DNA from: Octopus vulgaris
Lineage: Eukaryota
Direction of reading: 5' to 3'
NCBI GenBank assembly: GCA_951406725.2
Contig: OX597820.1
Coordinates: 21,514,001 to 21,578,000 of the forward strand
Length of the DNA: 64,000 nt
Shown: piece after piece, positions 1-12,050 of the stretch
Position numbering within the stretch: position 1 is the stretch's first letter
Layout of the letters: each line of letters starts with the position of its first letter
The notes under the pieces: generated by a model
Database searches by the model: none
What the model was told of the DNA's origin: nothing
What the model saw: only the letters and a program-made list of their open reading frames with translations
Made by a program: the position numbers and the translations under genes

Positions 1-630
1 GGAAAATAAGACAACCTGCACAAATGATAAGTTAATAGTGATGGAATGCTTCTGCTGTACCTGAGCTCATTGCATCCATCAAATCAACATTGGTTATCCG
101 ATGCATTATATACCACATGTCAAATGTCAAGGTTATCACAGAGCAACACAAAATAAAGTGTTTTACTCAAAAACACAATATATCACCTTGTCCAGAAATT
201 GATCACGAGTGCAACACTGTAACCTCTAGGCCATTTACCTTCATTCTATCTCTATATATGGGTTCAATCCTACTGCATACCACATTGGAGAAGGGTCTTA
301 TATCACACTGCAGAGTTAGTTAATGCCATGTGGATGGAAGTTGGTAGATAGAATTTACATAGAAGGCTGAAGGATGTATATCAGCAGGTGAACAGCAGAA
401 TCAGTAAGCTCTAATATTTCGTTGCACACAACTTTGTTCTGATTGCAAATCCCACACTGGTTCCTTCTGATTTTCCATCTTCCAAAGTTGATAAAATATA
501 CAGGAGTCAAAATGGTGTTGTTAATTAAAGAACAATGCTTGAAAGAGATGTCCTTGCACGACTGCCCTCCAATGACTTAAACCAACTCAATATATATATA
601 TATATGAATTACATTTAAGTATAAAGCTAG

Positions 631-671
<41 letters not shown>

Positions 672-678
<7 letters not shown>

Positions 679-913
679 CATGCACATACCTACACTCACT
701 TAACTCATACACATGCACATTCATGCACACATACATACACATACATTACTGCTTACATATGTATTATATATATATACACACACAAATATATATATATATA
801 TATATAATGCATGAACATACCTACACTCACTTCACTCACACACTCACTCATACACATGCACATTCATACACACATACATACACATACATATAGATTACTG
901 CTTACGAATGTAT

Positions 914-920
<7 letters not shown>
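672..920. repeat. Local direct duplication (~110-120 bp unit) between (TA)n tracts
   Basis: aatgcatg.acatacctacactcactt...attactgcttac.atatgtattata occurs at ~675 and ~806. Confidence 0.75.
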
Positions 921-948
<28 letters not shown>

Positions 949-1139
949 TTACATATTTATATATATATATGAGCAATAATGCTCAATAAACTGCCTTTTC
1001 TAGTTGGAAATACCCTTTTGATGAACAAAATGCCAACCTTTAGTTGTAATCTTCTTTAGCAGATCCTATGCCGCCATTACAAATGCCCATGCGGAATATC
1101 AGTAGAGGTTGGTTTCATTGTTGCATGCGCATTACCTAC

Positions 1140-1358
1140 CTTCTTCATACTCAAAAATAGTTGTAGGTTGTTTCCGATATGGCTGAGGAGACTTAGCCTT
1201 TTTTGGCATATCTTTGTTTGGAGCTTGGAATTGGGGTGAGGGAGATCGGGATTTTGGTGTTTTACCTGCATCCTCATCAGCGATGGGCTCATTGACAGTG
1301 GGAAGAGGCGGCTGTGGCGCGGGCGCGGGCGCTTCTTCTTTCGGCTCTGGTTCGGCAG
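1140..1358 (-). CDS. Exon: Pro/Glu/Lys-rich linker (AEPEPKEEAPAPAPQPPLPTVNEPIADEDAGKTPKSRSPSPQFQAPNKDMPKKAKSPQPYRKQPTTIFEYEE)
   Basis: TATCACAG acceptor, G|GTAGGT donor, 219 nt, symmetric phase 1; GC-rich coding island; ORF 1132..1425. Confidence 0.85.
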
Positions 1359-1744
1359 CTGTGATAGCAAGCAGGGCAAATACAGACTTGTTGAACAACA
1401 CAGAACTAACATGCTTTGACAACATATATTTTAGACAAAGACAAAATCAATTATACTCAGTTTTAAATTGCTAGGATATTGATTTTCAATTTAAAGACAA
1501 AAACTAATAACTATGTTAATTTTAAATATCTTTAACAGTAATCCGTGTGATATAGTTCTCAATGTTCTAATTTATTATAAAAGTTAATCTTTTTTCTCAA
1601 ACATTTCTGTTCACTGAATATACTGATTTTCATTTTGAAAATTAGATTTACATATGGTTCTAGATATTTATTATTATACAAATTTATATACATACATGAT
1701 TACATATATGCATACATACATGTGTGTGTGTGTAGAAGCATATG

Positions 1745-1939
1745 CTGTTGTGTCTGAAGTGAGTCATTTTCTTTTTGTACCTTATAATGTAACACACTCA
1801 GAGTCAAGACTATTGAAAAGGTTGCAAGACTCGACGAAAATTTTAGGAAAATAAAAATAAGAAATAAGTGAAAATTTTACCAGTGAGTGTGTTACATTAT
1901 AAGGCACAAAAAGAAAATGACTCTTCCCAGACACAACAG
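1745..1939. repeat. Fold-back element (arms 1745-1800 / 1884-1939); same family at ~17070-17710 and ~46010-46090
   Basis: ctgttgtgtctg...aacacactca is reverse-complementary to tgagtgtgtt...cagacacaacag. Confidence 0.85.
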
Positions 1940-2423
1940 AATATATCTTGATATCCTCTATAATATTATACACTTGATTTTTTTTGATATTACACTTATT
2001 AATATTAGTTACTTGTAGGGGCACCATATTTTGTTAAGCACCTGTAATATACTACCAAGTATTTTAAAGGTTTTATGAGTCAACACTGTCCTACGGAGTT
2101 AGCAGTGCCATTAGATCATTTTTTAAGGTTATCTCTGCAGATTGTCTATTGAAACAGCACTGATAAGTTTCCTAACAAACCAAGGCTGGCTTTAATTTCT
2201 ATAGAGATAGCCTTAAAAATAAATTAGTAATAAATATTTTATAATATTTTATAATATTTTATTCCTACTTCAAATGATGGTATATTTCTATACTTTTACT
2301 TTTACTTGTTTCAGTCATTTGACTGTGGCCATGCTGGAGCACCACCTAAAATAACAAATTCCCACAAAGATTTTTTAGTTTTTTTACTTCTTTAAAACAA
2401 TTTTCCTAAAATATCAAAATACA

Positions 2424-2830
2424 GGCGCAGGAGTGGCTGTGTGGTAAGTAGCTTGCTTACCAACCACATGGTTCTAAGTTCAGTCACACTGTGTAACACC
2501 TTTGGCAAGTGTCTTCTACTATAGCCTCGGGCCGACCAAAGCCTTGTGAGTGGATTTGGTAGATGGAAACTGAAAGAAGCCCGTTGTATATATGTATATA
2601 TATATATGTGTGTGTGTATGTTTGTGTGTCTGTCTTTGTTCCCCAAATATTGTTTGACAACCGATGCTGGTATGTTTACGTCCATGTAACTTGGCGGTTC
2701 GGCAAAAGAGACCGATAGAATAAGTACTAGGCTTACAAAGAATAAGTCCTGGGGTCGATTTGCTTGACTAAAGGCAGTGCTCCAGCATGGCCACAGTCAA
2801 ATGACTGAAACAAGTAAAAGAGTAAAAGAG
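2424..2830 (+). mobile_element. tRNA-derived CORE-like SINE, family A (internal TA/TG microsatellite, gtaaaaga tail)
   Basis: ggcgcaggagtggctgtgtggtaag A-box, B-box-like gttcagtc, accttgggcaagt-like core; more than 10 copies in the window. Confidence 0.9.
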
Positions 2831-3854
2831 TATATGTTTTTATACACTTGTTTAAAATTGGCTACACTGTAACGTATAAATAAGACTGTTTAAATTTAAC
2901 TCGAAGATTAATTTCTGGTTACTGAAAGTACAATTTCACATGTACAAAAAAACAAGGAAAAAAATATATATTAAAAATATTCATATCGACAGAATTTTGT
3001 TTTACAACTATTTAAATACATGTAAATTATTTTTATATTTAACATCAAAATTTCTATAATATTTTATATTCTAGAAATACTACTTAACGAATGTATAGAA
3101 TGTTATAACAAATTGGTTTATTTTGGTTAATTGCTATATTGTTATGCTGCTATGAAAATATTAAAAATAGGTAGTAGAATACATATGCATATATACACAT
3201 ATATATGTATGTGTGTGTGTATATATATACATACAAATGCATACATACATATATATATATATATATACATTTATATATATATGTGTATATGTATATATAT
3301 ACACACATTTATATATATATATATATATATATAAGCCAATCAACCATTAGACACTAAATATCTTAAATGTAAATCGTTCTTATAATATAGCAAATTATAA
3401 CTGCAGAGCTCGTGCTACACACAGAGTAACGATACATTGAATTCACTGAGATTTTTCTTATTTATATATATTTCTTTGTACATAATATAATTAATAAAGC
3501 TACTTCATTATTTTAACATGCAACCATTAATTAATCAAGCAGAAATGTAAGTATGGAGTTGGTATTTTGTAGTTAATATTCTTAATTAAATGTTTGCTTT
3601 TTTTGTAAATGAAAAATAACAAACTTCCAGCACAGTTTAATTTAAGTTGTCAAATGTGGTTATTATTAGTTGCTGGGATTTTAAAATTATTAATATTTAC
3701 TTTCTCCTAAAGGAAAATGTGGAATAAAAAAAATTGGATAAACTAAAACTCAGGAAGTTAGTTTCAAACACAAACATATGGATATTAAAAGCTAGCAATT
3801 GTAGTTTTCAAATGGATTGAGAATTAAAATGTTCTTGAAGTACTCACACACAAC

Positions 3855-3922
<68 letters not shown>

Positions 3923-3939
3923 TGAGAGAGGAGAGAGAG

Positions 3940-4011
<72 letters not shown>

Positions 4012-4145
4012 GTGATAATCTCTTGTAATTCAATCAATTCACTCCTGCAACTTCTTGCTGAACAACCAGCATAAATGATTTGTTTATAGCGATCTAATGT
4101 TTGTGTTGTACATTAGGTCCCTCACTCCATCAAATTGACATTATG

Positions 4146-4568
4146 TGAACATGTACATAGTGTACCACACATAATATTTGAACGGGTACATAGTGTACCA
4201 CACATCTGAACAGGTACATAGCATACCACACATCTGAACAGGTACATAGTGTACCACACATCTGAACAGGTACATAGTGTACCACACATCTGAACAGGTA
4301 CACAGTGTACCACACATCTGAACAGGTACATAGTGTACCGCACATCTGAACAGGTACATAGTGTACCTCACATCTGAACAGATACACAGTGTACCACGCA
4401 TCTGAACAGGTACTTAGTGTACCACACATCTGAACAGGTACATAGTGTACCACACATCTGAACAGGTACATAGTGTACCACACATCTGAACAGGTACATA
4501 GCGTATCACACATCTGAACAGGTACATAGCATACCACACATCTGAACAGGTACACAGTGTACCACACG
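4146..4568. repeat. 28-bp minisatellite (catctgaacaggtacatagtgtaccaca), ~15 copies
   Basis: Direct tandem array read from the sequence; explains ORFs 4122-4579. Confidence 0.95.
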
Positions 4569-4888
4569 TCAGGTGTCAAAATGATTGTAGATCAATGTGA
4601 GTTGAAGTGTTTTGCTCAAGAAACTGAAACCATAATCTTGTGATTGTAAGTGATATGCACTCTTACATATTTATATGTATACGTGTCAGTATGTATATAC
4701 AACAATAATAATTTTAGATGCAAAGAATTCATAAATATGGAGATAAACCCCAGTGCAGATAATGCTAACCATCACTTTTTAATATTTAGCCCGCAGTTAT
4801 CAGATGAACTACTGCGGTCAATATGAGTTAGCTGATAAACTTTTTGAAAACTAGGTCTCAGTCCAATGTCTGAAACTTAGAAAACATT

Positions 4889-5310
4889 CATTATTTACAT
4901 TATTTACAATTGATGGATATTTGCCCTCATCTTGTTTGTTGTTAACACAACATTTCAGCTGATATACCCTCCAGCCTTCTTCAGGTGTCTTGGGGAAATT
5001 TTGAACCTGGATTCTCATTCCTAAGGTATTTTTCGATGTTGTTATTATTACTATCATCATCATCATCATCATCATTATTATTATTATTATTATTCAGGTT
5101 ACTGCCTGGAATCGAACTTGGAATCTTGGGGTTAGTAGCCCGTGCTCTTACAACATTGAAAAATACCTTAGGAATGAGAACCTAATGAAGGCTGGAGGGT
5201 ATATCAGCTGAAACGTTGTGTTAACAACAAACAAGATGAGGGCAAATATCCGTCAGTTGCAAATAATGTAAATAATGTACGTAATTCCTTATCTCTTAAA
5301 TATAGAACTG
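4889..5310. mobile_element. Fold-back element with tRNA-like head, (AAT/GAT)n spacer and hammerhead-ribozyme-like cores (Penelope-like/retrozyme-like non-autonomous element)
   Basis: Arms 4889-5041 and 5151-5277 are inverted; minus-strand GTTCGATTC B-box at ~5108-5116; hammerhead-like cores at 4944-4989 (-) and 5178-5222 (+). Confidence 0.7.
4944..4989 (-). ncRNA. Minimal type-I hammerhead ribozyme-like motif
   Basis: GACAC CTGAAGA AGGCTG-loop-CAGCT GAAA TGTT GTGTT: CUGANGA and GAAA cores, stem II, stem I GACAC/GTGTT; stem III carries a C>T change relative to the sister copy (GAAACGTT). Confidence 0.6.
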
Positions 5311-6204
5311 TGTTAGAAAACGTTATATGGAAGTGTTATTTCTGATAACTGCAAGTCAGAAACATTGCAACAGAGAATGTTTCATATACCGCAGAAAGTA
5401 TATTACAAATATTACTGATTATTCTTGGAAATAAATCCCAAAGTAATGAAATAAGGAGTCAAGTTAAATATCATTCTTTAATTTAAAGAACTCTGCAATA
5501 TTTGGCAAGTATTTCTTGATTTAATGTTCTTAGTTTTTAAACGATCTAAGTAATATCTCGTGTAGTGATATTGTATGATGCATGCATAGAAATTGTATAA
5601 GTGTGTCAGGAACTAGAAGAATCAAATGGAATCACTCATAAGAGTTATAAATCAGGAAATATTTGAGAGGCTTCTTTGAAATTGTAGAGTGCAAACTATG
5701 TGAAGTAGAACTCAGAACTGTTAGTGGTTAGAAGTCAAATAATGGGTGGCTAACAGAAGAGTTGGACTAAACTAAATTGTCTAAACTAAGAGTACTGACC
5801 TCCACAAAAGAAGTTATCAAATATATGAACTAATGGATTGAAACATGTATGCATATCTCTCTTTATACATGCTTGGACTAATACTTCAGAGGGTTTAAGA
5901 AATACATAATGTCATAAGTATTCTAGAAATTGTCAGATTCCATGAAAACTTTACTAAAATTTCTCTTTCTTTACACTGCTTGAAATTTTAACCTACTTGG
6001 TTATTTTTGAAATATGAAGTGATAAAACGTAACAGTGATTAGGAGAGTATTGTAGTTCACTTGATTGCAGTGATTAGTAAATTCATGTTCAAATCTGCCA
6101 GAATGAATTCAAAATGAATATGCAGGTCATCATCTTCATTCTGGTGGTACATTGTGCATCTGAGGAATTATTATTGGTTGGCATATACAGCTGCTGATGC
6201 TGAG

Positions 6205-6520
6205 ATCACCTTCTGTCATGATTGATCGTGGGATTGCACCTAAAAAGTTACCCTCCCAAGCACAAGTCCGGGCAAGGTTGTTTATGGAAGACCAGCAGTC
6301 ACCCATGCATACCTGCCTCCCCTTTCCATGCCACCAGTGTTATCCAAGGGAAAGGCAAAGGCAGATACAGCTTGGCACCTGTGACATTGCAACTAATTTC
6401 TACAGCAATGGGAAATAAAGTGTCTTGTTCAAGAACACAACACACAGCCTGGTCTGGGATTTGAACTCACAACCTCACGATTGTAAGCTCGACGCTCTAA
6501 CCACTGAGCAATGTGCCTTC
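6205..6520 (-). mobile_element. tRNA-derived SINE, family C
   Basis: Reverse complement of gctcagtggttagagcg...gagttc...aactttctaggtgcaatccc; other copies at 22165-22492, 25183-25517, 58202-58535. Confidence 0.88.
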
Positions 6521-7059
6521 ATATACAGCATGCAGTAGCAGACTGCTTGGGGAAATTATAAACAAGATTTATTAGTTTGATGTACCTTGGGCTGATGAGG
6601 CACAATGATGTTGAAACATTGAGTGTCACAGAATTCCTTGCATTAATGAATTGAATATGTCATGAAAATACATTCAACACAAAGGGGAAATTGTTCTCCT
6701 GTGACATAACCCAACAGCAATTAGCATATTTACAATAGAAACTGCCAGAATGTGTTAAGAATGAATTTGCAAGTCATCATTTGGATTCTCACTGTTCACC
6801 ATGCTGATGATGGGTTTTTTTTTAATAAGTCAATATATTTTTAAATAATCCATTCAAAGTATAATCATAAAATTGTTTTCCCTAAAAGAAAAAAGATTCA
6901 GTTATGGCTCAGTTTTCACTCAATTCACTAAACTTTATATCTAATTTATTCTTTGCTTTCCTCAAAGCAACATGCACTTCTCATTAAGAGTAAAGATTAA
7001 GAAAGATATATGCTGTGAATGCAAATACCTGACAAATGAAGTGACTTCATGGCTCACAG

Positions 7060-7472
7060 GATAGCTTGCTGTGCTAACCTTGGATCGTAGAGTGACTACT
7101 GAGTCATCAACATCAACATCAAAATAAATATCAAATGGAAAATGTAGTTATGATACCCGTGCCGGTGGTACGTAAAAAGCACCATCCAAATGTGGCTGAT
7201 GCCAACACCACCTGACTGGCATCTGTGTCGGTGACATGTAAAAAGCACCAACCAATCATGGCTGCTTGTCAGCCTCCTCTGGCCCCTGTGCCGGTAGCAC
7301 GTAATAAGCACCCACTACACTCACAGAGTGGTTGGCATTAGGAAGGGCATCCAGCTGTAGAAACACTGCCAGATCAGACTGGAGCCTGGCGCAGCCTCCT
7401 GGCTTCCCAGACCCTGGTCGAACCGTTCAACCCATGCTAGCATGGAAAACCGATGTTAAATGATGATGATGA
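7060..7472 (+). mobile_element. 3' fragment of RTE-type LINE (3' UTR tandem units and (gat)n tail)
   Basis: Matches the 3' UTR of the element at 36050-37105 (gccggtggcacgtaaaaagcacc units, ggcattaggaagggcatccagctgtagaaac, gatgatgat tail). Confidence 0.8.
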
Positions 7473-8687
7473 TTAAGAAAGAGTAAAGATTAAGAAATAT
7501 ATAGTAAAACTCTACATTTATATAACTGTGAGATTTTGTACTACAAGGGTTAGCAGAATTGGTGAGGTGCTGGGCAAAATGCATTGCATTTAGTTTCCGT
7601 GCTCTACACTCCAAGCTTAAATCTTTTATCAGTCAGTATTCAACTGAATTGATTATACCTCTTCCCTTGAAAGAAATTTATATAAACTACTACAATACTA
7701 GTATTTCTCACCACTTCTACATATTGTGTCACTTATAATTGTGTTTTTCAGAACCTTAAATTTACTGAAAATATTCTGAGAAAGATAACAGCCTTATAGT
7801 CTAACCACCTAGAAGTAGCTGAGAAATAATTAAATTGCCGAATCTTTAATTTTAATCATTTCATATCTTTGTGGTTAATGTTTTCAGATAATATTTTTCT
7901 TATTGCTGAAGTGTAAAACTGGTCTTAGAAATAAAACACCTGACTTTTGGAAATGCTTTTAGCTTTAAATAAAGAAACATAAAATATAAATAATGAAGTT
8001 ATTTAGTTTGTTAAGAAAATATCTACATGTGATGAAATACAATAATTGTATTTGAAGATAGATTCCCTGTGTTCTTTAAACTATTATTAGATTATTTGCA
8101 ACCCAACACTTATCATTAATTAAAATGAATGAATATACTTTTTATCAATGTAACGGGTAACCAAAAGGGTGAAATGAATAATTTTAAAAAGGTAAAAATT
8201 ATATATTCAACCATTGATTAACAAAACTTAAAGTTAGTTCCTGTGGTGCAATTCTATTAACATTAAATAACTGAATTCAAGAAATAATTAAGTCTTAAAA
8301 AAACTGAAAGCTGTAGTTACAACTAACTGAACAAAAACTTATACACAATGACACATGGATTTGACATAAATATAACAAAAAAGCATGGAATAATTAGGAT
8401 GGGTGGGAATGCGCGAACAAACACCGCTGGCAACTTTGAAAGTACAATTCTGAAATTTTTTCAAGGAATTTTCCTTTGAAGTATATGAAGTGGGGTACTT
8501 TCAGAGTTTGATTAGCGCAAAAGAAAAAAAAATTTTTAAATAAATAATCAAATAATAAACAGATGCATGCATTTTCAAATTATATTAAAAAATATAATGG
8601 AGTCATATGAAAAGGATTGTCATTGCAACTATCAAGAGACATATAAGAAATTTTAGTTACTTAACATGGAATATATATATATATATA

Positions 8688-8987
8688 TATATACAACTTA
8701 TAAACAAGGGCAAAAGAAAAAAATTCTAATGCCAAATATGCCGAAAATAGACAAATAGTCAATAACCATATAATTTATCACTATAAACACGTGTCTCGAA
8801 GTAGGCTGGCAGAAATTTCTAAAAAATTCTGTTGGAATTTTTTAGGAATATTTTAGAAATTTGTGTTGGCTTACTTCGAGACACATGTTTATAGTGATAA
8901 ATTATATGGTTATTGACAATTTGTCTATTTTCAGCATATTTGGCATTAGAATTTTTTTCTTTTGCCCTTGTTTATAAGTTGTATATA
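8688..8987. repeat. Near-perfect palindrome, ~140-bp arms, between (TA)n tracts
   Basis: atacaacttataaacaagggcaaaag... versus ...cttttgcccttgtttataagttgtat. Confidence 0.92.
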
Positions 8988-9771
8988 AATTTAACCATTA
9001 ATGGTATTTTTTTAAATGCTGGCCATTGATAAAATTTTTTTCGAAAAATTGTATCCTATATTAGATGTTTATATATATATATATATATATATATATCTGC
9101 TTGAGCATGTATGAGATGTTTTGGTACAGCTGTTCTGGACATTGCTGATTTGATGCAGACTTAACATCAGGCATTTTGATGCCTTTTATTTCTCAGTTTA
9201 ATGTTTCTCTCATTCTTTCACCCTTTCTTTCTCTCCCCTTCTCTCTCTTCCCTTCTCTCTTTTCTGTCTCTTTGTTTATGTAGGTGAGTATATTTCACTG
9301 TGTACAAGGAGAGAGAAGTTGTTTTAATAAACACTAATGTCTTTCTCACTCTTTCTATCTGTATGCGTATATTTCTGCATGCATGTGCGCACATGTGTGT
9401 GTATGTTTGCCTCTAGTGCCAAAAAGCACTGTTGCCAAAACAGGCTCAATATCCAGTTAACCATGCCAAATCATCAGTATCCAACCAGCTGTGCTCACTT
9501 GTCTCATTCCAATATTTCTGCTGCTGTGTCTAACATGAAATGCAGGTATGTGAATAGTTGATAAAATTTAAAGCGAATTTTCTTAACTTGTTGTCTGTTG
9601 ATAGTAGCACAAACATAACAAGAAATAATAAAATCAGGGAATGAAAGCAATAAAAAAAAAAAGTCGGTTGGAAATCAGTTATATGTATTCTGTGAACCAG
9701 TATCTGCATAAAATTCATATTATCCTGCCAGACACACTGGAATTAATATATGCAAGTATTTGAAATGATTA

Positions 9772-10292
9772 CCGTAAATCCTCAAGTATAATCCGCATTT
9801 TTTCCCCAAAATTTAAAGGTCAAAACCTCTTGTGCGTACTATATACGAGGTTAAAAATGAAAAATATTTTCTAAGCAATGTCTGAATCTCTATTTGTTGT
9901 CCGGCAATGTTTATTCAGACACATTTTGTGATGTCAGGCACGAAAATACCTTAAGCTAAGCCTGAAAGCAATGAAGTCATAAAAGAATCATCCATAACTT
10001 GCAGTAAGCAACATTTATTAAACGTTATTATTGTTATTACTGTTATTTATTTATTTTATGCAAACAAAATGCACAAAAAAGCTACACATTTGCATTATGT
10101 TATATATACAATAATAATAAAGAACGTTGCCGTATACATTTTTACAAACCAAGGACGTTATATAGACCTCCTTGACTCAAGTTAGAGGAGGGGTGCGTAT
10201 TATACACAAGGTTTAGGTTTTTCAGAGGTACAGCCCCTTAAAAATCCCCTGCGTATTATACTCAAGGGCAGACTATACTCGAGGATTTACGG
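9772..10292. mobile_element. Tc1/mariner-superfamily (Tc2/pogo-like) MITE
   Basis: TIRs ccgtaaatcctcaagtata / tatactcgaggatttacgg, TA flanks at 9770-71 and 10293-94, subterminal tgcgtattatac repeats. Confidence 0.88.
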
Positions 10293-10717
10293 TAGTTGAT
10301 TATTTCTGTGTAGTCGATCTCTGCTTCTACTGTAGGTAAATGTAAATTATTGTTGTCAGTCTTTTTTCTCCCTTTCTACAATATGTATGATTTTAAAGAA
10401 AAAATAATCCCCATAAAACTGAAAATGGAATTAGCTTGTATTTATGTAAGAAGTTTAATTAATATAAAAATATCATCAGACAACAGCTGGAATTTTACAC
10501 AGTATTCCATAATGAGAGTGTATTAAATAATATTAATTATGATTTTATTTTAAGTTGTTGCTCAAATGTATTTTGTTTATGGAACTATATGTGTTGAAGG
10601 ATGCAAACATTTTAAATGAACTGACATGTTTTCCAAAAATTATGATAATTTTCTTTTAATATGTAAAAACCCTATTTGAATTTAAGTACTTGCTTAGAAA
10701 TAATTAGGTTTACTTAC

Positions 10718-10733
10718 CTTTGGGAGCAGCTTT
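10718..10733 (-). CDS. 16-nt microexon (KAAPK), phase 0->1
   Basis: TTTCCAG|AAAGCTGCTCCCAAAG|GTAAGTA; bridges the phase-0 end of the KE exon to the phase-1 start of exon 1140-1358. Confidence 0.82.
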
Positions 10734-11070
10734 CTGGAAATTAGTAAAAAGATGAACTGACATTAGATTGGAGCATAAAATTTATAAACACTAATATAAG
10801 CTTTCAAAGCAAGCTCAAAGAGAAAATGATATACAAAACTGACATTACACAATTGTGTTGTCTTAAAGCAATCATCATTAATAAGATGTAAAGGTACAAA
10901 TATACATACATACAAACATACATAATATATATATACACACACACACATACATACATACACACATACATACGTACATACATAGATATAAAACTGAACAATG
11001 ACATATATATATATATACAATATTTCCTTGACTGAGTACATGGCAGGTGAACCACAAAATGATGAGGGAT

Positions 11071-11100
<30 letters not shown>

Positions 11101-11101
<1 letters not shown>

Positions 11102-11358
11102 ATGGTGTTTTTTTATATAAGCTTAAAGCTTATGGTGATCACCATGCAGTGATTAAGGAAAATGGTCTAATATAGGGGCATATAAGCCCTCAACAGAAAA
11201 AAGAAGGCTTTCCTATCCTCACGAGAGTCGAACTCACACCCCTTTGTTAACGTGACCAAGTGTGTGTTACTTTTATATGCCTCTTTTTTTAGACTATTTC
11301 CCTTAGTCATTGCATGGTGATCACCATAAGCTTTAAGCTTATATAAAAAAATACCATT
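11101..11358. repeat. Fold-back element (~85-bp arms) with tRNA B-box-like sequence in the loop
   Basis: Arms 11101-11185 / 11273-11358; the loop reads GTGAGTTCGACTCTC on the minus strand; abuts (TA)n. Confidence 0.85.
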
Positions 11359-11439
11359 ACTGTTATTTACAGGATTGTACATCATGGCACCGTAATTAAA
11401 AACCATTTGCACCAAAAGCATATATTATAATAATAATAA

Positions 11440-11835
11440 TATTAGGGAGTATAACTCCAAACTTACAGGGAAAAATTCAATTTAGTATTAAATCAAATCT
11501 CACAATATAAATAAATAATATATATAAATTAGCGAAAAACCACTATTATGTAATTCAAACAATGATAGACATAAACCATATCATATAGAAAAAATAAGAT
11601 ATACGATAAAACATTTATCTAGATCACAAAAAGTACATAAAAATAAAAAAAAGGTATATAAGTTAAATTTGATTGCAATTCGAATTGAAGTTATAGCCAT
11701 GAAACATGTGTGGTCTTTTAACTTATTACATACTGTTTATTTATTATTATGTACTTTTTGTGATTTAGATAAATGTTTTATCATATATTTTATTTTTTCA
11801 TTTATGTTTTATGCCTATCATTGTTTTAATTACAT
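11440..11835. repeat. Degenerate fold-back element (arms ~11548-11648 / ~11737-11835)
   Basis: aaaacatttatctagatcacaaaaagtacataa versus ttatgtactttttgtgatttagataaatgtttt. Confidence 0.75.
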
Positions 11836-11856
11836 AAGAGTGTTTTTTTCTCTAAT

Positions 11857-11893
<37 letters not shown>

Positions 11894-11931
11894 TGCACTT
11901 ACACACACATACATATACATACATACATACA

Positions 11932-11965
<34 letters not shown>

Positions 11966-12050
11966 ATATACTCATTTGTGTAGATGTGTATATATGTGTG
12001 AGTATATGCACATGCCTTTACAAATGTAAATAATTAACAAATTTACATAC

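Noticed and set aside
3131-4037. ORFs rich in Y/I/C/V (also 10763-12011, 20832-21136, 23355-23646, 31012-32310, 51474-52286, 62984-63505)
   Set aside because: Translations of (TA)n, (TG)n and (GATA)n microsatellites or SINE interiors; no splice or domain support
4146-4568. 28-bp and 34-bp (32658-32929) arrays as CRISPR
   Set aside because: Contiguous tandem units with no unique spacers, eukaryotic context, no cas genes
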